Shown here: one piece after another, positions 17,612 through 25,505 of the stretch
How the letters are laid out: every line of letters begins with the position of its first letter
How positions within the stretch are numbered: the stretch's first letter is position 1
Source: Parcubacteria group bacterium
GTDB lineage: Bacteria > Patescibacteriota > Minisyncoccia > Moranbacterales > UBA11712
Assembly (NCBI GenBank): GCA_041659065.1
Contig: JBAZYY010000001.1
Coordinates: 163,124 to 227,123 of the forward strand
DNA length: 64,000 nt
Direction of reading: 5' to 3'
Position numbers and translations under genes: made by a program
The notes under the pieces: generated by a model
What the model was told of the DNA's origin: nothing
The model's input: the letters and a program-made list of their open reading frames with translations, nothing else
Databases searched by the model: none

Positions 17612-17655
17612 AGGCACCCCGCCAATGGCGGTGGCAGTCTTAGTTAAATTTGTGG
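17612..17655. repeat. copy of the 44-nt tRNA-locus repeat gcaccccgccaatggcggtggcagtcttagttaaatttgtgg
   Basis: Identical to 19226-19262, which lies directly 3' of the intact tRNA-Tyr. Confidence 0.6.
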
Positions 17656-17789
17656 ACAGTTTGGGACAAAGTTGGAACATACCTCGCTTTGCATAGTTAT
17701 TCTACGTAATTTGAGAGAATTTGCCAATTTGCACTATTTTGCTTTATGTAATATTATTTTTTTAGGGGGATTATCAGTAATTTAAATAA

Positions 17790-18503
17790 ATGGAAAAAAA
17801 ATCATTAGAGGGATTTCCAGAACAATTTAAGCAGAATATTGAGGATGTCGATCAGCAACGACACGAATACGAAGAGGAAATGACAGCGACTCGCTTTGAC
17901 GCAGAGAAAGATGCTGCTGTTTTAGCAGAATTAGCCAATGAATTGGCAAAAAGGGAAGGGGGAGATGTTGACAAAAAAATAGAAGCCATGGATATATTAA
18001 AAACAGAAGCCGAGAAGATGGACGGATGGAGGGAGCAAGATTACTCTAGAAAAGTAGATGATCTAATAAGCCAAATCGGCTTAAAAAAACAGCAGCCTTT
18101 TCAAGTGGAGAAAGGCGGAAAAGAGGTTTATGGAGATGTTTATTATCAGTGGCCGAATAATAGTAGCTCTTTATCAAGTGCTATTGAAAAAGTTCGGAAG
18201 GATATTCCGAAACTATTTGAAAATGCCTGGGTTATTGAACGTTTCGTAGAGCGTACAAAAAAATTTGAAATACTAAGATATATTCCCGAAAAGCTTAGGC
18301 ATGACAAAACTTTTTTGCATGGGATGATAAAAAAACAAGGTATTGAAGCTCTCAAATATTTACCTTACGGAGTGAAGAACGTAAATTTTCTGCTAGAAGT
18401 CGTAAACAAAAATCCAAACTTAAAACTTGCCGATTTGAAAGAAAATATTCCGGGTGAAATCTATTCAGTATTGGAAAAGAATTTGAAAACCAAAAGCGAC
18501 TAA
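17790..18503 (+). CDS. hypothetical protein (237 aa, acidic N-terminus)
   Basis: The ORF is preceded by a TTGCAC-17-TATTAT promoter-like sequence at ~17728-17756. No family recognised. Confidence 0.5.
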   Translation: MEKKSLEGFPEQFKQNIEDVDQQRHEYEEEMTATRFDAEKDAAVLAELANELAKREGGDVDKKIEAMDILKTEAEKMDGWREQDYSRKVDDLISQIGLKKQQPFQVEKGGKEVYGDVYYQWPNNSSSLSSAIEKVRKDIPKLFENAWVIERFVERTKKFEILRYIPEKLRHDKTFLHGMIKKQGIEALKYLPYGVKNVNFLLEVVNKNPNLKLADLKENIPGEIYSVLEKNLKTKSD

Positions 18504-18521
18504 CGAGGATATTATTTTTTT

Positions 18522-18893
18522 ATGAGTTTAGAAACTTCTGCCGAGGAAGAACAAGGCAACGATTCAATAAAGCAATGGGCAACGGAAGAATATTTTGATA
18601 CTATTTTGCGAGTTGCTTGCTGTGCCCTCCCCCAACTTAATGGAAGTGAAAAAGAATTATTGCTCAATGATGTTGAAAGTGGGCAAGGAGATTTAGCGGA
18701 AACATTCGCCGAATTGCTGAAAAAGCAAAGGGAATGCGATAAAATGTTTCACATGTGGGTTTCCGTAAAGCCCGTCAAAGAATCACCTGTATTGCAAGAG
18801 CATTACAGAAAAAAAGATGAGATAACCTTTCATTTAATTACACTTTTAGCTTCAAGGATTTCCGAGTTAAGACAGCCTCGCTTGGTAAAATAA
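18522..18893 (+). CDS. hypothetical protein (123 aa)
   Basis: The ORF starts 18 nt after the previous gene, consistent with a two-gene plus-strand operon inside the island. Confidence 0.45.
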   Translation: MSLETSAEEEQGNDSIKQWATEEYFDTILRVACCALPQLNGSEKELLLNDVESGQGDLAETFAELLKKQRECDKMFHMWVSVKPVKESPVLQEHYRKKDEITFHLITLLASRISELRQPRLVK

Positions 18894-18974
18894 TAAATGT
18901 ATTCTTCCCAACGATTTGACTTTTTCCAAATCCAGCGATACACTAACCTGATTCAATCAATCAGGTTTTTGTAT

Positions 18975-19080
18975 GCCAAAAAAAAGAAATTCATTTTGTT
19001 TTTATTTGCGGTGTTGCTGGTATTTTAGCATAAAAAAGACAAACTTAAAAACAGCCTTTTAATGAAAGACTGCTTTTACG
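18975..19080. repeat. right copy of the island-bounding direct repeat (contains a pseudo-start ATGAATTTCTTTTTTTTGGC duplicating the first codons of the ClpB-like gene)
   Basis: gccaaaaaaaagaaattcattttgtttttatttgcgg...ttagcataaaaaagacaaacttaaaaacagcc... aligns with 9900-10000. Confidence 0.55.
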
Positions 19081-19154
19081 ATTACTTAAGTTGTTTGTGG
19101 TACCTTTTGGTTAAAATCCGAACTTTTTTTGACGAAAATCCGGATTTTGAAAAT

Positions 19155-19204
19155 TGGCGGGTAGGGAGGGATTCGAACCCCCGTAGCCCGAAGGCGCCAG
19201 ATTT
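19155..19204 (-). pseudogene. tRNA-Tyr 3' fragment (anticodon-loop position ~36 to the 3' end, with encoded CCA)
   Basis: Minus strand reads AAATCTGGCGCCTTCGGGCTACGGGGGTTCGAATCCCTCCCTACCCGCCA. It is identical to the 3' part of the intact tRNA-Tyr apart from the discriminator base. Confidence 0.7.
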
Positions 19205-19258
19205 ATGTCGCCTCTTGCGGCACCCCGCCAATGGCGGTGGCAGTCTTAGTTAAATTTG

Positions 19259-19341
19259 TGGGTAGGGAGGGATTCGAACCCCCGTAGCCCGAAGGCGCCA
19301 GATTTACAGTCTGGTACAATTGGCCGCTCTGTCACCTACCC
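19259..19341 (-). tRNA. tRNA-Tyr (anticodon GTA), long variable arm, no encoded CCA
   Basis: The tRNA reads GGGTAGGTGACAGAGCGGCCAATTGTACCAGACTGTAAATCTGGCGCCTTCGGGCTACGGGGGTTCGAATCCCTCCCTACCCA. Acceptor arms are GGGTAGG / CCTACCC. Anticodon stem CCAGA / TCTGG carries loop CTGTAAA. Confidence 0.85.
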
Positions 19342-19342
19342 G

Positions 19343-19594
19343 TTACTTTATTCTTTTAATCAATTTTTTAAACGCGTCACCACCTTTGTATGATTTTATC
19401 CGTAATTCTCTTTTGTAAGCATCATTCTTAGTATTATATTCTTCCGTATAAATAATTTTCCAGGGACGAGCACTCTTAGTCGATCTTACTAATCCTCGGT
19501 TATGTCTTTCCAGTCTATTATTTAAGTCCTGCGTACGGCCAATATAATATTTATTAGATTTTTCTATAGATTCTAAAATATATACTCTATACAT
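19343..19594 (-). CDS. GIY-YIG nuclease family protein (UPF0213/YhbQ-like, 83 aa), copy 1
   Basis: YRVYILES...YYIGRTQDLNNRLERHN...PWKIIYTEEY...KRELRIKS matches the small GIY-YIG family signature. The stop codon lies 1 nt from the tRNA-Tyr 5' end. Confidence 0.75.
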   Translation of the reverse strand: MYRVYILESIEKSNKYYIGRTQDLNNRLERHNRGLVRSTKSARPWKIIYTEEYNTKNDAYKRELRIKSYKGGDAFKKLIKRIK

Positions 19595-19693
19595 AACATA
19601 ATAGCATGAACATTCTGATTTATGCCGCCCCTAGCGGCACCCCGCCAACGGCGGTGGCAGTCTGGTACAATTGGCCGCTCTGTCACCTACCCG

Positions 19694-19945
19694 TTACTTT
19701 ATTCTTTTAATCAATTTTTTAAACGCGTCACCACCTTTGTATGATTTTATCCGTAATTCTCTTTTGTAAGCATCATTCTTAGTATTATATTCTTCCGTAT
19801 AAATAATTTTCCAGGGACGAGCACTCTTAGTCGATCTTACTAATCCTCGGTTATGTCTTTCCAGTCTATTATTTAAGTCCTGCGTACGGCCAATATAATA
19901 TTTATTAGATTTTTCTATAGATTCTAAAATATATACTCTATACAT
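19694..19945 (-). CDS. GIY-YIG nuclease family protein, copy 2 (identical)
   Basis: The ORF has 100% identical translation to copy 1. Confidence 0.7.
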   Translation of the reverse strand: MYRVYILESIEKSNKYYIGRTQDLNNRLERHNRGLVRSTKSARPWKIIYTEEYNTKNDAYKRELRIKSYKGGDAFKKLIKRIK

Positions 19946-20083
19946 AACATAATAGCATGAACATTCTGATTTATGCCGCCCCTAGCGGCACCCCGCCAAC
20001 GGCGGTGGCAGTCTGGTACAATTGGCCGCTCTGTCACCTACCCGTTTTAAAATAGTACTATTCGCTCCGCGTCATCAACCGGG

Positions 20084-20155
20084 AGCCGGGAAGAGGAGTC
20101 GAACCCCCAACCTACTGTTTACAAAACAGTTGCTCTGCCATTGAGCTATCCCGGC
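20084..20155 (-). tRNA. tRNA-Thr (anticodon TGT)
   Basis: The tRNA reads GCCGGGATAGCTCAATGGCAGAGCAACTGTTTTGTAAACAGTAGGTTGGGGGTTCGACTCCTCTTCCCGGCT. Acceptor arms are GCCGGGA / TCCCGGC. Anticodon stem ACTGT / ACAGT carries loop TTTGTAA. Confidence 0.8.
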
Positions 20156-20172
20156 AAACTCAACTTAAGCAT

Positions 20173-20916
20173 TTATGATCCTAATCTCATTCGCATCTCA
20201 ATTTCTCTCAAGCTACTTTTTGCCTTTAGATCCCGTGGTCGCAATTTCAGAACCATCTTAAAAGAGTCTTTAGCATCTTTTATGTTGCCCGTTGCCAGGT
20301 AGTAGTCGCCTAACTCGCGATAAGCTTCAATATCCTTTGGATTTTCCGCAATTCTGAAAATTAAAGCTTCTTCCCGTGCTTTATTTTCCGGTATTGGCTC
20401 TTCTCTTAATTTCGGAAGTGGCATTTCCGGCTGTTTTTTTCTCCTTAGCACAGCAAGTCCACTGGTAAAACCTGCCCCTTCTTCTTTTCTAATAAGCATT
20501 TCTTCGTCCGTATCAGGCCGATTCTCATCGTCCAGACTTATGTTCTTAATCTTATCAAGAAAACCTGCTTGGTCTTGCAGTTCATTTCCCGGTGAGGCAA
20601 AAGATTGTTCATCCGTATTTCGTTTACCCTTTTTCATTTTGAGCGCCCACCCTGATACAATCATCTCGGATTTCTTAAAACCGTTTTTTAATAAAATCAG
20701 AAGATTTTCCAGGATTCGGGCTAGAGTAACTAATATTCTTTTTGACTTGGTTCCTTCGCGCTCCGCGTTAACGCTGATTTTTTCCGAAACTCCGAGTTGA
20801 ATGCCCCGGCTTTTCAGTCTGGAAATCTTTCTCCAAACCAAAAGGATTAGCGCCACGAGAGAAATAAGCAATATTATTGGTGGTACGTAGATCCAAAACA
20901 TAAAACCATTTAACAA
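20173..20916 (-). CDS. membrane-anchored TPR-like repeat protein
   Basis: N-terminal TM helix. The C-terminus has a TPR-like segment (YRELGDYYLATGNIKDAKDSFKMVLKLRP). Confidence 0.5.
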   Translation of the reverse strand: MLNGFMFWIYVPPIILLISLVALILLVWRKISRLKSRGIQLGVSEKISVNAEREGTKSKRILVTLARILENLLILLKNGFKKSEMIVSGWALKMKKGKRNTDEQSFASPGNELQDQAGFLDKIKNISLDDENRPDTDEEMLIRKEEGAGFTSGLAVLRRKKQPEMPLPKLREEPIPENKAREEALIFRIAENPKDIEAYRELGDYYLATGNIKDAKDSFKMVLKLRPRDLKAKSSLREIEMRMRLGS

Positions 20917-20917
20917 A

Positions 20918-21604
20918 TTATTTTACAACTTTTTTGGGTTCTTCTTTTTCCTCCTCCTTTAGTTTGTCACGATAAAAATCCGCTTCGTATGCGAGACAGC
21001 ACATCAGCCGCCCGCATAACCCGGAAATTCTTTCCGATCCCCTGTGCAGAATTTGCTGGACCTTAGCCATCTCTGAACCGATACTGGGCAGATCGCCCTT
21101 GAATGTAATGCAGCAAAGATGCCTTCCACAAATGCCATATCCCCCTTGCTGCCTGGCTTCGTCCCGGGCGCCGATTTGATGAAGCCTCACGGATCTTTGA
21201 AACTGCTTTGACAGATTTTTCACTAACTCCCTGAAATCCACCCTTCCATCCGCGATAAATGCAAATGTAATGATTCCCCCATCAAATGAATAGTCGGCAG
21301 ACACAACCTTCATCGGCAAATTGCTTTTTTTAATTTCGCCATGGCAATATTCTATCGTTTCCTCAGCTTTTTTCTTATGCTCGCGGATAATGTCAATATC
21401 CCGCAAGTTGGCTTTCCGCAGAACTTTCGCAACCGGGAAATTTTCGGCATGTTCACGCTCGACGTAGTTTAATTCGTCCACAATGGCTGACTCGAGCACA
21501 TCGTCAATTTGGGCAATAACGATGTCACCAACATTGAGCGGAAAATTACTCTCCGCCTTTTTGGATTCTTCCCATTTATGGATTTTTACGGAGATATAGC
21601 TCAT
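20918..21604 (-). CDS. ricT: PSP1 C-terminal domain protein (RicT/YaaT-like)
   Basis: Paired Cys motifs GICGRHLCCITF and GLCGRLMCCLAYE are typical of PSP1/YaaT. Confidence 0.65.
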   Translation of the reverse strand: MSYISVKIHKWEESKKAESNFPLNVGDIVIAQIDDVLESAIVDELNYVEREHAENFPVAKVLRKANLRDIDIIREHKKKAEETIEYCHGEIKKSNLPMKVVSADYSFDGGIITFAFIADGRVDFRELVKNLSKQFQRSVRLHQIGARDEARQQGGYGICGRHLCCITFKGDLPSIGSEMAKVQQILHRGSERISGLCGRLMCCLAYEADFYRDKLKEEEKEEPKKVVK

Positions 21605-21627
21605 TTACCCTATGTCTTGAAAATTTT

Positions 21628-22227
21628 CTAGATTTTAAATCTCACAAAATTTTTTATCTGGATATTTTCGCCAATTTTAGCAATTTTTTCTTTGAGTAAA
21701 TCCCCCACTGTAATATTATTGTCTTTTACGAATGGTTGGCTCAAGAGTGACAACTCTTCAAAATGCTTCTTGATTTTTCCACTTACAATTTTTTCAATAA
21801 TTTCTTCGGGTTTATTCTCGGAGGATAATTCTTCCCGCGTAACATGTTCAAATTCTTCTTTTTCCTTTCCGCTGGCGTCATCAATAGACAAATATTTAGG
21901 ATTCATAGCGGCTATATGCATGGCAATATCATAGGCAAGATCTTGAAACTCGGAATTTTTTGCGACAAAATCTGTCTCGCATACCAGTTCGACCATCGCT
22001 CCAACCTGTTTGTTGCTGTGAATATAGGCTGCGACAATTCCCTGTCCCGTCTCCCTGTCGGATTTTTTTTCGGCTCTTTCCTTTCCTTTTGCCCTCAGAA
22101 AATCCTTGGCTTTTTGCATATCGCCAGAAGCTTCTTCCAACGCGTTGCGGCAATCCATGATGCTGGCTCCCGTTTCATCTCGCAATTCCTTAACTATGCC
22201 AGCGGATATTTTTGTTTTTTCGCTCAT
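21628..22227 (-). CDS. tsf: translation elongation factor Ts
   Basis: The N-terminal ELRDETGASIMDCRNALEE motif identifies EF-Ts. It is adjacent to rpsB, as in the conserved rpsB-tsf pair. Confidence 0.85.
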   Translation of the reverse strand: MSEKTKISAGIVKELRDETGASIMDCRNALEEASGDMQKAKDFLRAKGKERAEKKSDRETGQGIVAAYIHSNKQVGAMVELVCETDFVAKNSEFQDLAYDIAMHIAAMNPKYLSIDDASGKEKEEFEHVTREELSSENKPEEIIEKIVSGKIKKHFEELSLLSQPFVKDNNITVGDLLKEKIAKIGENIQIKNFVRFKI

Positions 22228-22233
22228 ATGATC

Positions 22234-23049
22234 CTATTGTTGTGAATTATTTTTGGCGTCAGCTTTCTTTTCATCAGCTGCTTTCTTTTTTGCCAGCTTG
22301 ATTCGTTTTACAACCAAACCCAACAGGTATTTCAAAGATGATAAAGCGTCATCATTTCCCGGAATTGGATAATCGACCAAAGTCGGATCAGTATTGGTAT
22401 CCGCAATTCCTATTGTAGGAATTTTAACTTTTCTGGATTCTTTCAAGGCCAAAATATCTTCCTTGATATCTGTCACAAAAACTGCCTGCGGCATCCTGTC
22501 CATCGTCTTGATTCCGCCCATCTTTTCATTCATCTTGTCTATTTCCTTGTTTAGCTGGCTCTTTTCGTATTTGGTGAACTTTTCAAAATCTCCCCTGGAT
22601 TTTCCCAACTCCTGATCGTTCAGATATTTTATCCGCTTTTTTATAACGTCGTAGTTAGTAAAGGTTCCGCCCAGCCATCGGTGCGTGACATAAGGCATCT
22701 CGCATTCATGAGCGACTACCTCAATCAGCTTCCGCGTCTGCGGCTTCGTTCCGATAAAGAGAATTTTCCCGCCACTGGCGGCAATGCCTTCTATATAATC
22801 AAGAGCCTTCTCAAACAACACGGCTGTTTTTTCAAGATCGATTATATGAATATTGTTCCTTACTATAAAGGTATAGGGCTTCATCTTTGGATTCCAACGC
22901 GATTTTTTGTGCCCAAAATGAACACCCCGCTTCAACATTTCCGGCACTGACAGCTCCAGCGCCTCATAATTAAAACCACCGAGAACTTCTTGTCTCGAGG
23001 CTTCATCAACTGAAGGGCTTTTTGAGCCCTCGCTATTACTTTTTTGCAT
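22234..23049 (-). CDS. rpsB: 30S ribosomal protein S2
   Basis: RGVHFGHKKSRWNPKMKPY...HRWLGGTFTNY... is strong S2 conservation. Confidence 0.9.
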   Translation of the reverse strand: MQKSNSEGSKSPSVDEASRQEVLGGFNYEALELSVPEMLKRGVHFGHKKSRWNPKMKPYTFIVRNNIHIIDLEKTAVLFEKALDYIEGIAASGGKILFIGTKPQTRKLIEVVAHECEMPYVTHRWLGGTFTNYDVIKKRIKYLNDQELGKSRGDFEKFTKYEKSQLNKEIDKMNEKMGGIKTMDRMPQAVFVTDIKEDILALKESRKVKIPTIGIADTNTDPTLVDYPIPGNDDALSSLKYLLGLVVKRIKLAKKKAADEKKADAKNNSQQ

Positions 23050-23333
23050 GATTGTTTCCTTTAATTATTTACCCTGTTAAATGCCGGTAATGGGCGCTCC
23101 TGCCTGGCAGGATTACTTAATAGGGGTAACTTCTATTTCCTTCTGCGCCTAAGCCATATACCCGGAACTGAAGCCTAAAATAGCTATAAAACAGGACCGG
23201 GGCAAGGATGGCAAGCTCTGGAAATATGAATGATAACACATGGATTTTAGCAGGTGCCAAGAGGCTTGTCAATTCTAATATAATATGGTAGCCTATGATA
23301 GTTATTATTTATTGGGATTAGCTTATATTATGA

Positions 23334-23704
23334 AAAAAGATATCCATCCAACTTACTACACTGATGCTAAAATTATTTGTTCCTGTGGCAACACTATCAT
23401 CACGGGTTCGACAAAAAAGGAAATGAAAGTCGAGGTCTGCAGCGCCTGTCATCCCTTTTATACTGGGAAAAAACGCCTAGTTGACTCCACGGGACGTCTT
23501 GACCGCTTCAAGAAGCGCTCTGAAAAGACGGCTCAGATTCAAGCCGTTGAACTAGCTAAAAAGCAAGCGAAGAAAAAACCCGCCCCGGCAAAAGCGGTGA
23601 AACCAGCGAAAAAGAAAGTTGCGGCCAAAAAGGCTGTTGCGAAGAAAGTGGCTGTTAAAAAATCGACAGCCAAGAAAGCACCGGCAAAGGCGAAGAAAAA
23701 ATAA
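23334..23704 (+). CDS. rpmE: 50S ribosomal protein L31 with a ~55-aa Lys/Ala-rich C-terminal tail
   Basis: [10 protein letters not shown]...CSCGNTI...[14 protein letters not shown] is the L31 core. I placed the start at the conserved MKKDIHP rather than the upstream ATG at 23285. The tail is [31 protein letters not shown]... Confidence 0.8.
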
Positions 23705-23734
23705 CTTAACTTCTCGTTAAGGAGGTGTTTTACC

Positions 23735-23971
23735 GTGTTGATATATTCAAGGAAGCGGATTTTTAGCCCCAAGGAGCTTGCAAATAGGGCGGCATTACTG
23801 GCAGCCCGAAATCGCAAGCGCGCAAATCGGGCAGCCCGACCGAAACTCACGCCAGCAGAACTTGCCGCTCAGGCAAGAGCTGCGAGGATACTGATCCTGG
23901 AGGCGCAAGAGGAGAGGACACGTGATCTCGAATTTCGCCAACGGGGGCGGTACGCCTACCGGGGGTGGTAA
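23735..23971 (+). CDS. small Arg/Ala-rich basic protein (78 aa, GTG start) in a GC-rich island
   Basis: A strong SD (AAGGAGG at 23719-23725) lies 9 nt before the GTG. High GC is explained by the Ala/Arg codons. A large hairpin follows at 23989-24038. It could alternatively be a structured RNA. Confidence 0.4.
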   Translation: MLIYSRKRIFSPKELANRAALLAARNRKRANRAARPKLTPAELAAQARAARILILEAQEERTRDLEFRQRGRYAYRGW

Positions 23972-24079
23972 AACCATTCTATATTTATCCCGACGAACGT
24001 TAGACTGTTAAATGCAGCTAAAGAATACGTTCGTCGGGCACATTCAAAAGCAGTTTTTAGAAAGACTGTTTTTGTTTAT

Positions 24080-24640
24080 TTACAGTATTGATTTAATTAC
24101 TTCAATTATTTTCGCATTTTTCATTCCTTTTGCGACTGCGTACTGGAGATATTTCACGGAATTTTCATGTTGCTCGAGATCATATGCATCGACGCAATCG
24201 AGCGCCAGAATTACTTCATAATCTCTCTGATAAGCGTCAATTGCAGTGACGCGGACGCAAGTCATAGTGTTTATGCCCGCTATTATGACCGTATCAACTT
24301 TTAGCTTTTTTAGCAGTTCCTCTAAATTGGTATTAAAAAACGAGCTATAGCGTTTCTTCACTATTTCATAATCATTTTTATTTTTATGTAATTCCGGCAA
24401 AAATTCAGCGCCGGGCGTGCCTTCAATCGTCGATAATTTATGATGCTTGCGGTTATATAACGGCGCGTCGGACAAATCCGCCTTAAATTTCTGCCGGATC
24501 CAAATCACCGGAATATTTTTATTATGCGCCGCATCAGCCAATTTATTGATATTAGCCACCAATTTATCTTTATTTTCCTTAAGCCGACCTTCTTCAAAAA
24601 ATTCCCGCTGAACGTCAATGATTAATAACACAGTTTTCAT
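24080..24640 (-). CDS. isochorismatase-family cysteine hydrolase (nicotinamidase-like)
   Basis: LLIIDVQ..F at the N-terminus and VIIAGINTMTCVRVTAIDAY match the isochorismatase fold signature. Confidence 0.75.
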   Translation of the reverse strand: MKTVLLIIDVQREFFEEGRLKENKDKLVANINKLADAAHNKNIPVIWIRQKFKADLSDAPLYNRKHHKLSTIEGTPGAEFLPELHKNKNDYEIVKKRYSSFFNTNLEELLKKLKVDTVIIAGINTMTCVRVTAIDAYQRDYEVILALDCVDAYDLEQHENSVKYLQYAVAKGMKNAKIIEVIKSIL

Positions 24641-24691
24641 ATTTTCCTATTTAAATCTTAACAGCGCAACTCCTCCAATAATACCGTTATT

Positions 24692-25147
24692 TTAATCCTT
24701 TCTTTTAAAATTTTTCGACAAAATCTTATCCATCCACACAAATGCTTTCCCCTTTTTTAGCCCATTTGTGATATAAAATTTTTCCGCCTTTTCATTCTGA
24801 CTATCAACGAGAGCGCATACATATTCGCATTTGATGGATTTAAGTTTTTCAATGGCTGTTTTCAATAATTTTTTCGCGATTTCCCTGTTTCTATGCGAAG
24901 GAGTTATGAAGATATTTTCGATAATCGCTTTTTTGAATGTCGGATTATGATTAATGATTATAAACCCGACTATTTCTTCATTTTCTTCCGCGACAAATAG
25001 AAAGCCTGATTTACTTTGTATGCAATTGCGTAAAATTTTCTTCGGCCAAAAGTTAACAGTGTCTTTGGAAACGCTAAATTCACTAACATCTCTGCCAAGT
25101 TCATCAATTTTTTTCACATCATCTACTTTTGCTTTTCGAATGCGCAT
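24692..25147 (-). CDS. GNAT family N-acetyltransferase
   Basis: EIVGFIIINHNP...RNREIAKKLLKTAIEKLK is an acetyl-CoA binding motif A-like segment. Confidence 0.7.
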   Translation of the reverse strand: MRIRKAKVDDVKKIDELGRDVSEFSVSKDTVNFWPKKILRNCIQSKSGFLFVAEENEEIVGFIIINHNPTFKKAIIENIFITPSHRNREIAKKLLKTAIEKLKSIKCEYVCALVDSQNEKAEKFYITNGLKKGKAFVWMDKILSKNFKRKD

Positions 25148-25227
25148 TAAATATTCTATTAACTTTTAATATCGACTTTTTGGAAAAAAGTGGGGGGCCG
25201 CCAGAAATATATTATATTTGACAGCCC

Positions 25228-25464
25228 CTATGCTGCAAGGGCGAAGTGAACAGCAGGCTCGGTTTCAGGTTTGTATTTGCGGATTTTATCCGGATCCTCA
25301 GGTGGATCGCATGACGGGAAGATATGATACTTGTAAACGACCAGTTGGCCCTCTTCGATACGAACAGAGGCTTTGTAACATTCTCCCGGCATAATAAATT
25401 GACAGCAATTATCACACCAATGCTCAATTTGAGCAATGCGAAGGTAAGTCCGCAAGATTCGCAT
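25228..25464 (-). CDS. small Cys-rich protein (79 aa from ATG; the ORF track extends to a TTG at 25500) in a GC-rich island
   Basis: HWCDNCC...C...SC suggests a metal-binding fold. A purine-rich run (AGAGGGGGGG) precedes the ATG. Composition is atypical for this genome. Confidence 0.4.
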   Translation of the reverse strand: MRILRTYLRIAQIEHWCDNCCQFIMPGECYKASVRIEEGQLVVYKYHIFPSCDPPEDPDKIRKYKPETEPAVHFALAA

Positions 25465-25505
25465 AGATGCCCCCCCTCTCTTGATAGATTTACCCGACAA
25501 ATGCT

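Larger units (their letters stand above)
19343..20044. repeat. two perfect tandem copies of a 351-bp unit (GIY-YIG ORF, 65-nt hairpin-rich spacer, first 35 nt of tRNA-Tyr)
   Basis: ORFs 19343..19594 and 19694..19945 are identical and offset by 351 bp. tRNA 5'-half copies lie at 19658-19692 and 20009-20043. Confidence 0.8.

Noticed and set aside
19062-19253. 63-aa plus-strand ORF
   Set aside because: Lies across the tRNA-Tyr 3' fragment and spacer repeat, so it is not coding.
19148-20044. Group I intron in tRNA-Tyr carrying a GIY-YIG homing endonuclease
   Set aside because: The break point (34/35) is right for a tRNA group I intron, but only 65 nt lie between the tRNA half and the ORF, and the ORF abuts the next tRNA half. 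There is no room for a P1-P9 ribozyme core, and the 3' exon does not follow.
23539-23850. 103-aa minus-strand ORF
   Set aside because: Antisense to the L31 Lys/Ala tail and the Arg/Ala ORF. A mirror-image low-complexity artefact.
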